From Amoebophrya sp. A120 (lineage: Eukaryota; Protista; Dinoflagellata): a stretch of 64,000 bases of DNA. The stretch lies in NCBI GenBank assembly GCA_905178155.1, contig CAJINV010000012.1:243271-307270 (forward strand), read 5' to 3'. The number at the start of each line of letters is the position of its first letter. Positions within the stretch are counted from its first letter, which is position 1. Shown here one piece after another: positions 23,001 to 33,700 of this stretch. Both the position numbers and the translations under genes were made by a program. The notes beneath the pieces are model-generated. The model did not search any database. It saw only the letters and a program-made list of their open reading frames with translations, and was not told the DNA's origin.

Positions 23001-25092
23001 GGGTTTGTCGTGCATATTCTGCGTGACCCAGGATGTCTGTAATGCACGACCTAGCCTCACAGATTTTTAGTTGACTTCCTGATGCCTACTCCGCATGACG
23101 AATGCCCTTCCCGCGTAGCACAAACTTCTAGCCTCCTCCTGCTGGTCATGCAATACAGATTTTTTTGGAGTCCAAAGCTAGCATCACAAGTTCCAACCTT
23201 CCAGACACAGACACTTTTACATTTGATATGGTTTTTCCTGGTTCGCGCAAACAGCTCCATCTGTCCGACCCGTAGAAAACTGGGACTCGCCCGACACGTG
23301 ATGGCGCACGGCTCGGTCTTCATGATCTGGTAGTTCTGCTTGATGCTGCTGTCCCCGTACCAGGCCCGCTGGATGGTGGTCTGCGGGCTGTTCGGCTTGT
23401 CCCCGCTGGCGTAGAGGCAGAGCGCGCGGGTGGAGGGCACGCCGAGGTGGTAAAACGCCTCGCTGGCGAGGAACTCGCGAATGCTGGACCGCAGGACCGC
23501 GCGCCCGTCGTGGTTGCGGCTAAAGGCCTATCAAGTGTAAAGGTGTCTGGGTCTGGAAGATAATTCCGAGATTTGTCATGCAGTTTTTCCAAGCGCCATT
23601 AAGTCTGGAATGCAGGACCTAGCATCACAGGATCTGCAGCCCCTTTGTGATGCCTCTTCTGCATGAGAAATGCCCCCTCAGCATGGCCAGAATTTTTGAG
23701 CACCTTTTGCAAGTCACGCAACCCAGATTTTCGTATGATGCGCAACATGCATCACAAGTTGCATCCTTCCAGACCCAGACATTTTTACATTTGATAAGGC
23801 CGTGCGGCCGGACCCCTTCAGCTGCAGTTCCCAGGTTCTCTCTTGCGTGCCCGCACGGGCCTCCACCTCCACGATGCTCATGGCGCGGCCGTCCCCGTAC
23901 CCAAACACGCCAAAGGGGGAGTTGGTGGCCCAGTAGCCGTGGACGCTGACTCCGTAGCAGGTCGCCCAGGGGTGGAAATTCATTTTCTGCCACTTCTCCG
24001 GAACGGTAGTCGAATCCGCAGAAAATGTTCGCATGAAGTTCTCGTCCTTCTCAAATTGTACGTACTCCAAGTCAAGCTCCCGCGCGAAGGTATCCACAGA
24101 AAAAAACCCATCTTCCACACCAAATTTGTCATGCAAAACATACATAAAGTTCTGTGTTTGTCATGCAAAAAATGGATGTGGATTGGTTTTTTTCTCTGGA
24201 TAGAAGGATTTCGAGTAACACACCAAATACGGGTTCTTCAGCGGCTCGCCCTTGGCGATTACGTAGTGCCCTATGCAATGTAAATTTCCTGTACATGTAC
24301 AAAATGCATGACAAATTTCGCTACCTTGCAGAGTCCAACTTGTCATGCTGGACTAGGATTGAAGGCAAGTTTTGTCATGCAGAGACTGCATTTGTACGTG
24401 TACGGAAAATTTACTGGGGATATGCCCCTTCTTGACCGCACGAGACCGGTGCGGATCCACCACGCCCTGGTCTGGGTCAGTGGACAGATGTTTCAGCTAT
24501 CCTATGTAAAAACATCCCCACCCCAGAGTTGTCATGCAGATTTGCAAGCACCGGAGCATTTGTAATGCGCATCCCCATGAGAGGCATTTTCCATCGTGTT
24601 TTGGAACTTGTAATGCTGCAAACAGGATAAGGAGATGGATTTGCTATGCTGCTTCCCTTGCTAAGCTGCACTACAGTGCACCATGCAACTTGTCATGCGT
24701 GACCCCCAAAACTTCAAGGTTTGTGTTGCAAAATCCCCATCTCGACTCTGGTGTGGGGACGTTTTTACATGTGATATCAGCAGTTGGTTGGTCACCGTCA
24801 AGTCTCCGAGCTTCTTGGTGCCGGGAGTTGAGGGTGGTCCGGAAGGCCCGGAAGCTCGCGAGGGCGCCGAGGTGGTCATGATCGTTCTTTTTGATGTTGC
24901 CTCCTTAGTAGTTTTAGTGTGAGGACAAGAATACGATGATGCCGGCGCAGCTGGCGAAGAGGTCGTCGCTGATACGGTTGAGTGGTTGTGGTTAATATGG
25001 GTCCTCGCGGTAGAACAAGTTGATGCCACCTGGCCGACAGTTGTACTGAGCTTCGAAACTACGTGCTGCGACAGCTGCTGCACACGTCGCAT
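20043..25092 (-). CDS. SELENOO: Selenoprotein O (SelO/YdiU protein adenylyltransferase), 13 introner introns, probable Sec UGA at 20052-20054
   Basis: Spliced motifs GDGRA, [83 protein letters not shown]; ends MS-TGA-SS-TAA; N-terminus is basic and S/T-rich like a mitochondrial presequence. Confidence 0.95.
20218..20414. mobile_element. Introner (family D-like ends), downstream DR decayed to A5
   Basis: tatccacagtaaa...tttgtattgcata; flanks ttttt/tcatc; removal + 5 nt gives PRNWMMVLAYEAAE. Confidence 0.85.
20538..20671. mobile_element. Introner, family A
   Basis: DR cctgc/cctac. Confidence 0.9.
20868..21194. mobile_element. Introner (327 bp)
   Basis: tatcgtaaggaaaaatcc...ggatttttccttttgata; DR ccagc; restores KLDFTHFF. 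Confidence 0.9.
21419..21634. mobile_element. Introner with long (~35 nt) near-perfect TIR
   Basis: tatgacaatgcacaactccccctccccctcatttgt...acaaatgagggggagggggagttgtgcagtgtcata; DR tcaga. Confidence 0.9.
21685..21938. mobile_element. Introner, family B
   Basis: DR tgccc. Confidence 0.9.
21995..22152. mobile_element. Introner, family A
   Basis: DR gcatg. Confidence 0.9.
22200..22484. mobile_element. Introner, family C
   Basis: aaaaacgtccccacc / ggtggggacgttttt IR; DR aggcg. Confidence 0.9.
22656..22909. mobile_element. Introner, family B
   Basis: DR ttcgg. Confidence 0.9.
22964..23228. mobile_element. Introner, family B
   Basis: DR tggtt. Confidence 0.9.
23529..23796. mobile_element. Introner, family B
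   Basis: DR aggcc; restores [10 protein letters not shown]. Confidence 0.9.
24091..24202. mobile_element. Introner, family E (~110 bp)
   Basis: tatccacagaaaaaaaccc...ggttttttctctggata-type IR; DR gaagg. Confidence 0.9.
24272..24422. mobile_element. Introner, family D
   Basis: DR tgccc; highly similar to 10814-10964. Confidence 0.9.
24498..24776. mobile_element. Introner, family C
   Basis: DR tcagc. Confidence 0.9.
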
Positions 25093-28020
25093 AGGAAGCT
25101 CAAATGAAAGACAGGTGTGTAGTTAAGCATCCATCCTATGTAGAGTGCAAATGAAATAGCTATGCTACATGAACGTATTTTGGAGGTCATAAGCTCCTGA
25201 TTTGATGATTTTGCCTTTTTCTGTGGAGAGACGGAGCCTATCGTATCGAAGAGAGTCCAGCAAATGATATGGTGTACTTCTCAAGTGTTAGTATGTTTTC
25301 CTTGTGCAGATGGTGATCGTATTTGAAATGTGATCGTCGTCCCGGCGACAAGAAACCGTTTTACTCTTACTTCGGCATGTCGATCACTCTTTGGCTGAAC
25401 TACTTCTACTAAGTGCGTCCTTTAGAAGATCATGCTCCACCTCCTGCTGCTCATGCACTTTCTTATTTTCATATCTTTGTATAAGGCGTCTTTATTTTTT
25501 CCTTCTTCGGAAATAAATAAAGGGTTATTCATTATTTCTACCATGATTCAGGAGGTGCTGTGCGTTTCGCCGCAAGCGCAAGGTCGCTGTTGTACTACAT
25601 TCATATGGAAGCGGCAACACTCAAAAAAACTGCGGATGATTTTCTTTTCTGAGAAGCGCCATGTCGTTCGCTCTGGAAACACTCACAGGTCTCATTTAGT
25701 AGAAGAGCTGCTCTCCTTACGGCCCAAGAGAAGGGGTTCGCGCTTTCTGTGCGTCGTAAACCCTCGAGAAGTAGGAAAGAACACACTCGTGGGCAGCTGC
25801 ACGTTGTCGCCATCTGACAGACGACGACGTTATGTGCGCGGCATAAATTAACGCGCGGTCGCGCCACGTCGCCGCGGGTGCAATGAGGTTGCACAGTCTG
25901 GAGAAGGCACGAATACTTGCGCACTGATCATGATCAGATACTGCCATGGACTTCAGCTAATCCAGCCTCGTCTTCCGGCACTGTGGCTGAGCTGCCAACA
26001 CGCACCGGCTCGCAACCGCGGCTGAATGACAGACGAAAGCGAAACAAAGTGTTCCGAAAGAAATAACTCGCACCCAGCGCGGGCAACCCAGGACGCGACC
26101 GACGGCGCCACGGGCCGGCAGACATACCGAACGCGCGGACGGAGAGCACGCGGGCGCGCCCAACCTATCGAAGACGGCCAGCGAGAATGGTGCGCGGCGC
26201 GAAACGCCCGCAGGCGGCGGGGCCGGCCGGCCAGCCGTGCCGCCCCCCGGGCGGGTGCTGGCTCGCTGCGTGCGGCCCCACATTCCGGCCGAAGCTCAAC
26301 AACTGAAAGGGGGCGCGCGCGTGCTGGTACCCCCGCAAGAAGCCCACAGGCACAAAGCGCGCGGGCCCGCTGGGCCAGCCAGATAAAACGGCCAAGCCGG
26401 GAAAGGGGGGCCGACGCAGGCAGATGAAGGCGCACAGGGGTCCGAATTCGACGAAAATGATATCGGGCGGCCCCGACCCCGCGTCTGTGCATCCTCCACT
26501 GCATTTTCCAACCCGGCCCATCCGAGGCCGATCGCCATGCATTATCGAGGGCGCGGCCGTGCGTAGGGCCGCCCGGCTTTGGCCTTTCAACATGCCCGGG
26601 AATCCAAGCGCGCCATCGCGTCAAAAGCCGGCGGGCGCGCCGCGCACTATAGCACACCTACTGGGGCGCGTGCTCTGCTTCAATACTGATACCAGTAGGC
26701 CCATGCTGTTTGTTCCTCTGCTGTGCATCATCATCATGTAGTGGACACCCGCTCCCAGCGCCAGTGTGCGTTGCCGTTGTATTCCATCCTCACAAGTATG
26801 ACAGTTAGTCGCTTCGGCGGGTCGCGGGGCAACGGCATTTTGTTCGTTCGCTCGTCTCTCTACCTCGTCACAGAAGCACGAGCAGGTCGCTGCAGAAAGA
26901 AAAAGCAAGCTCCAAACAGTAACAGGCGCCTCATCTCATGCATCTCAACGCTCGTCGCCCTTCTTCTCTCTCCTTGCTCCGTATAATATCTACCACTTCT
27001 GAGGCGCTCGAGGGTGTTCTTTTCTTTGGCGCCTCACTGTGATGTGGTTCCTTCCTGTGCAGCATTCTCAAGGAGGACGGGAGAACAAATACAAAAGAAA
27101 CTACCCGCAAACCATGCGATCCTCGCATTGGCCTGAGTATGGCCGCAGTGAGTTTGCTTCGTCTTTGATCTACTTTCGTCTCCATTTACTGGGAATATTT
27201 CTGTTTTGTATCGCGGATGGAACTTCCTTTCTCTGTGCTGATTTTCGATTCGGTCAAAGAAGCAAGAGCAAAGTTTGCTTATTAGCGCTCCGTGGTTCAA
27301 TCCACCAATTCTATGCTCGGATTCCCTCCATGGTGTTGCAGCTGGACACTCGCGTTGACCGCTGCTGCAAGGGTGTATGAAAGTGCAAAAAGCTCGCCGC
27401 AGCTGCGCTTTGCTGACGAGGAGCAGGAATTTCTCAACTTCATGATCATCTATGCATCCATTCATTAGCCCTCTCTACTATGCAGTAGATGCGTTATAAT
27501 TCATCAAATTCATGCGCTACTCAATGTTGTGCTCTTGTCTAGCAACTGGCAGCAACTTCTCGCATTCTCCTCCATATTTCATCCGCTTCTCGCTTTTCGG
27601 CTGCCTCCTTTTCCTGCATGGAGATCAGCAACGCCATTTCCAGCTCCTCTTGCGATTTGCTCTTGTTCATTTGCAGGTATGGCGCCGAGAAAAAAAGGCT
27701 GCAGTATCAGATTGGAACCTCTTATTCCTAGACTATTCTCAAAAAGAACCAGTACGTCGGCCTCAGCATCGCTTTTCCTTTAATCGTCTTTCAGAAAGTC
27801 GATTTCTCTTCTTTATCTTTTCGTCGAAAGTCACTTTCTCTCTTCGAAAAGATAAAGAAGTGCCTCGATCTATGTACGTGTACTAAAGGTAAACTTCCAA
27901 TCCCTGCAACCCGGTCTTTTCTTTCATACTGGAGGCGCCACGGCCGCAGCTCCATCCCCGGATTTGTTTTGTTCTTCAGTCGAAATACTCCGGGAGGCGG
28001 GGTTGCTATTCGGAGGCTGT

Positions 28021-28146
28021 TATGCATTGCAAAAGCATCGTACTAGTATAAAACGCATTGCAATTTGTCATGCCGTTTCAGGTAGAAAGTTGGATTTGTC
28101 ATGCATATCTGCAATCAGTACGAGTGCGATACTTTTGCACAGGATA
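28021..28146. mobile_element. Introner, family A (126 bp)
   Basis: DR gctgt. Confidence 0.9.
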
Positions 28147-28937
28147 GCTGTTCCATGGAGATCACGCGCGGCTGGTGTGCGTGCATGCTCGCCGCTGTTG
28201 ACCCGGTGGATTCCCGTGCCAATCCCTCAATCCTGGACTTCACACCTCCTCCCGCCGCAGACGTAGTTTCGCTCGACCGGCTTTTCCTCCCCGTGGTTCC
28301 GTCACCGCGAGAGGTATGGAAGGAAAATCAAAATCGCGCGGCGCGGTTACAACTACACAAGGTCATCAGGTGCTGAAAAAAAATTTTTCCTGCTTTTTGG
28401 TTGTAGTACAACTACTTACTTTTGCTTTTCGTTTTTTCCAACATCGCTTGCGAATTAATAAGTGCGTCCTCGCACTTCTCACTAACAAGGACAACCCCAC
28501 GAAACGCGATTTCATTCCATCCGCGGATATGCAGTGTCGGAAGTATCTTTGTGTTTCGAAGAAGATGAACCGCTTGTCCTTCCGGAAGACCGTCTCTCCG
28601 ATTTCGGCTCTGGTGGGCCATCGGTGCCGTCCTTGTCGGGAATGTATTCTAGCTCTTTCCGTGCGTATGAAAGTGGAAAACTTGTCTCAATTCATGGATT
28701 TGTACTAAGGCACGAGCTGCAGAACGGAAAATACGACGAGAAGCATAACTTCCGTTGTAAGATGGATATGCAACAAGATTGATTGGGCTCTGGTCATGCA
28801 AAACGAAAAAAACTACTTGGTGTTGGGTTGAAATTTGAATGCGGAGAAGGGGATGCCGCACGGCTGATGTCCACTTTCATAGTATGATGCTCTCCCACTC
28901 TTCTATGGCGGTTTTGCTGGTGGCGATCAAATTGCCT

Positions 28938-29047
28938 TATCGAGGAAAAAACACCCATCCGCATCCATTTTTTGCATGGTAAACAGTGCAGTTTATGCAT
29001 GTTTTGCATCACAAAACGAATGTGGATGGGTGTTTTTTTCCTGGATA
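28938..29047. mobile_element. Introner, family E, opposite orientation to 24091-24202
   Basis: DR tgcct. Confidence 0.85.
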
Positions 29048-30558
29048 TGCCTCCGGTTATCACTACTCCCTCACACTTCTCCTGGATCCACAGTCCGCTC
29101 TATCCCGTTTACAATCAGCAGAGCCTCAGACTAAACCGATTCGAACTTGTCATGCGCGACGAACGAAGTAAAATCAATGTTGCAAAAAAAGTTGGCGCTC
29201 TTTCTGCTATGAGCATGTTGCGACGCGCATGACAAATTGATGCGTAGTTAGTACTTCATCGTATAGTAATAACCATCACTGCTGATTTTACGTGAAATAA
29301 CTTGTTTAGATCGTCCAGACTGCCGCTGAATTGTAGGTACTGGTAAATCTTTGATTTCCGGCGGTATTGCAGGTACTCTTTCTCGTTTATGGAGTGTAAA
29401 AAATGCACGAACCTCAGCGGGAATTTGTCATGCGAAAACGACGAATATATATTTTTTCGTACAGCTGCTGTGGGAGGAGCATAGAGAGAATTTATTCCGC
29501 GTTTTTATCATTCTCGTTTTCTACATGAGATCAAATTCCAGGCGGAGGTCTTCCTTTGATTATAGCATTTCATACGGGACGTGGTCAGTTCAAATTTGTA
29601 TTCTCCGGTGAAGGTTGCGTTGGCCGACTCGAGTATGAAAAGTCAAGAGGATGAGTAAAGCCGTTTTTTTCATCGAAATTACAGAAAAATCATTTCACCA
29701 AAATTCATCTTTTAGTCAAAGGCAAAAATCATAAAAACAAATCTTCTGTTCCGAAAAAGATCAACTTTCCCCTGACATAATTGACATTTTCATACCAAGC
29801 ACCTGATTGGAATGGGTAAAACATCTTTGAGTTTTGTTATAGATAGCACAGGGATCGTCCTCCACTACCGGTGCAAAACATGACCTCCAGTCCCGTCATC
29901 ATCTACACGCATTACAAACTCATACGATACCGCATCATAACTTCTGCATGAGAATTTGATGCCGCTTTACCTGTAATGAGTCGCCGACGATTGTTTGACA
30001 AAGTTTTTTCTCCCGTATCGGTAGCAGAGTTTTCACCGATCTGGAGAAGAGCAGGACGTCTTATGGGCGGAACAAAATCTACTTCGAAGAAGATGAAGTA
30101 AAAGCTTGTTTCTAAAGCTGGATATCATGCAGCAGCTGTTCTTTTGTTTTCGCGCGAGCCTGTGCTTGATGGCAAAAATGGAAAAAGAACAACTCGTCTG
30201 AAGGGTATGTTTAATCTTCCGCATGGAAGTCGATTTTGTCTTTCATAGCTGGTTCGGTAAATAATCTCCGGTCTGAAACGGGCCGACGAGAAAGTAATCG
30301 ATACACTTGGCGTGGTATGCGAGTGCAGAAGCCCCCCTCCCCCGCACTTGAGCTAGACGGTCATCAATCTTCGCAAGACAAACAGCTCTGGACAGTCTAC
30401 AGTTTTCTTCGCATGACAGATCTAAATCTATGAAGGTACTACTACTAGATATCGAGTGAGAATATCGTTCTTGTAGCTACTTTTGTCATATTGCAGTCGG
30501 CACTTTGCATTATACAAATGAGGCGGAGGTGGAAGGGCTGTGCACTCTCATACCTGGT

Positions 30559-30712
30559 TATGCAACGTAAATTTGCCGCAGATGTACAAAATGCATGACA
30601 AATTTCGCTAACTTGAACTGTCCAACTTGTCATGCTAGACTAGGATTGAAGGCAAGTTTTATCATGCAGAGACTGCATTTGTACGTGTTGTACGGGAAAT
30701 TTACTGTGGATA
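30559..30712. mobile_element. Introner, family D
   Basis: DR ctggt. Confidence 0.9.
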
Positions 30713-33700
30713 CTGGTTAAGCTGCGAGTTTTCGTAAAACCCTTTGAAAAAATCCGGAATCCACACACTATGCATTGCAAAAGTATCGTATGAGTATGAG
30801 TTCTTGTATTACAAATTTTCTCAACCACAAAAATACAATTTGTCATGCTATTTCACACGGAAAATTGGATTAATATTTATATTGCTTGACTTCCGGGTTC
30901 TGTAATCACATACCCCAGACGAGAGGCGACGGCGAGAGGTGACGGCGACAGGTGGCGGCGAGAGGTGAAACGACAGGCGAAACGACAGGCGAAAGGACAG
31001 GCGAAACGACAGGCGAAAGGAGAGGCGAAACGACAGGCGGCGACGACAGGCCAAAAGTGGCAACTTCCCATGCGGTTTCGCACAAGCAGCATGGACATTC
31101 CAAGCAAAAAAATAAATAAAATTGTTATTGACTTTCGACAAAAAAAAAATAGTTTTTTTTATTTTTATTCACGTGCAAAAAATAAAAATAATTGCTTCAC
31201 TCTTATCCGAAAAAATAATTAATTACTAATTATTTTTTCGGATAAGAAGAAACTAATTATTTTTTGCACGTGAAGAAAAACAAAAGAGCTATTTTTTTCA
31301 CATACCCCAGACGACAGGTGACGGCGACAGGTGAGGACGAGAGGCGACGGCGACAGGCGAAAGGAGAGGCGAAACGACAGGCGAAAGGAGAGGCGAAACG
31401 ACAGGCGACGGCGACAGGCCAAAAGTGGCAATTTCTCACGCGGTTCCGCACCAGCAGCAGCAACAAAAAAAAGCAACGACTCAGCTACTTCCGAGAAGAA
31501 AAAGCCAACTTTTTTATTTTTATTCATGTGTAAAAAATAGCCAGCGCATTCATATCCGAAAAACCGGGACTATTTTATGCACGTGAATAAAAATCAAAAA
31601 ACTGCTTTGTTGCTCGCGGAACTCAATAGCCCTTTGCTTTTTTTTGTTGCTGCTGCTGGTGCGGAACCGCATGAAGCGCTGCAGCTTTTGGCCTGGCGTC
31701 GTCGCCTGTCGTTTCGCCTGTCGCTCCACCTGTCGTTTCGCCTGTCGCGTCGCCTGTCGCCGCCGCCTGTCGCCTGGGGTGTCTGATTCCAGAGCCCGGA
31801 AGGAAAGTCTGACGCACTTTGGCTCTTTGCCTTTTCTTTTCGCAAATAAAGGAGAAGCCGATCGCGCCCGAAAAAAAGCGCCTCGGACTGATTTCCAGCG
31901 TTTTTAGTAGAATGCCCGCAAATAGCCGGGGCAGGGGTTTTCTTCTGGAATATCCGCGCACATTCGGGCGGGGGTTGTGTTCTGGAATATTCGAAAGCAC
32001 TTACCTCCAAAAGCATGAGGCCCGCCAAGAGCCTTCAGCTGTTCGTGGAATATACGCGAAGAGCCGCGGCAGGGGTTTTGTTCTGGAATATCTGCGAGCA
32101 CTCTCCCCGGCCGGGGTTTCGGACTGCCCTGGTATATTCGCGAGTATTCGGGCGGGGGCTGTGTTCTGAAATATTCCGAAACACTTCGCAAGACCACCTA
32201 TCGGGCCCGCCAAGGGTCTTCAGGTGTCCTTTCGGGAGAATCTTCGCGCACAACCCGGGGCGGGTTTGGTTCTGGAATATTCGCGAAGAGCCGGGGAGGG
32301 GGTTTTGCTCTGGAATACTCGCAGAGGCTTCCCAAGGGGCTGTGGGCTCGCTGTCCTGATATACTCGCGAATATTCGGGCGGGGGTTGTGTTCTCGAATA
32401 TTCGCAATTATTTCGCAAGAGCATAGGGCCCACCCCGAGTCCCCGGGCGTTCGTAGAATAGTCGCGAACAGCCGGAAGCGGAGGTCTGTTGTGGAATATT
32501 CGCGAATTGCCGGGGGAAGGGTTTTGCTCTGGATTATTCGCGAATACTTTCCAAGGGGCTTCGGCGAACTAACTTTGGATAAAATCAACATTACCTCGAT
32601 GAACTTGATATTTGCTCCTCGGAGCCTTTCTCAGCATCGCCAAAAAAAAAGAGACTCGCAAGCGACAGCAAGCAGTTATCAAAAAAATACTCTTTGGAGG
32701 CTATACGACTATTGAGAGCTCCTCGGAGACTAGATCTTACCGATCCAGTGACGATTCAATAAGCAAACCGATTTGTAATTAATTCTCCTCGGAGCCTAGC
32801 AGATTATGCTTCTTCGGAAGCTAGAAGCTATGATGCGCCGCGTCTAGTTATCTCGAGTCCTCGGATTCTATACGGTATCGGGCCTTCGGGCATCAGTCGG
32901 CCAGTTAAGACTGGACGATCCCCTCCAAGGGGCTTCGGGCTGCCCTGGTATAGTCAAAAATATCTGGGCGGGGGTTGTGTTCTGGAATATTCGGAAATAT
33001 TTCGCAGGAGCAGGAGGCCCGCCAGGGGTCTGCAGGGGTATGCTCCTAGAAAGAATATTCGCGAAGAGGCGGGCCAAGGGTAGTTTCGCTTCCTCTGGAA
33101 TATTCGCGAAGAGCCGGGGAGGGGGTTTTGTTGGTTCTGGAATATTCGAGAGCAAGTCCCAAGGGGCTTCGGATTGCCCTGAAATATTCGCGGACATTCG
33201 GGCGGGGGTTCTTGTGTTCTGGAATGTTCGGGAATATTTCGCAAGAATATTGGGCCCGCCAGGAGTCTCCCGGTTTTCCTGGTTGGAATATTCGCGAATA
33301 GTCGGGGGGGGGTTTGGTTCTGGAAGATTCGCGAAGAGTCGGGGAAGGGGTCGTGCTCTGGAATGCTCGCGAATATTTCCCGGGGGGCTCCGGACCGCCG
33401 TGATAAATATGTATCCGAATATTCGGGCGGGGGTTGTGTTCTGGAATATCCGGAAACATTTCGCAAGAGTGTAGGGCCCGCCCCGGGTCTTCGGGTGCTC
33501 GGGGAATATTCGCCAACAGCCGGGGAAGGTGTTGCGTCCGTGGTGGAATATTCGCGAACAGCCTCAGTAGGGGTCTGGACTGTCCTGGAATATGCGCGAA
33601 TATTCTCCGAAGGGCTTCGGATTGCCCTGATATACTCGCGAATATTCGGGCGGGGGTTGTGTTCTGGAATATTTGAAAACTTTGCGCAAGAGTATGGGGC

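Noticed and set aside
30716-30724. TAA read-through or alternative genetic code in an alternative frame (RKLAA*PGMRV)
   Set aside because: The 5-nt rule gives a different, open frame, and the long Gln-rich ORF at 11360-14182 contains no TAA/TAG, so stop-to-Gln reassignment is not supported.
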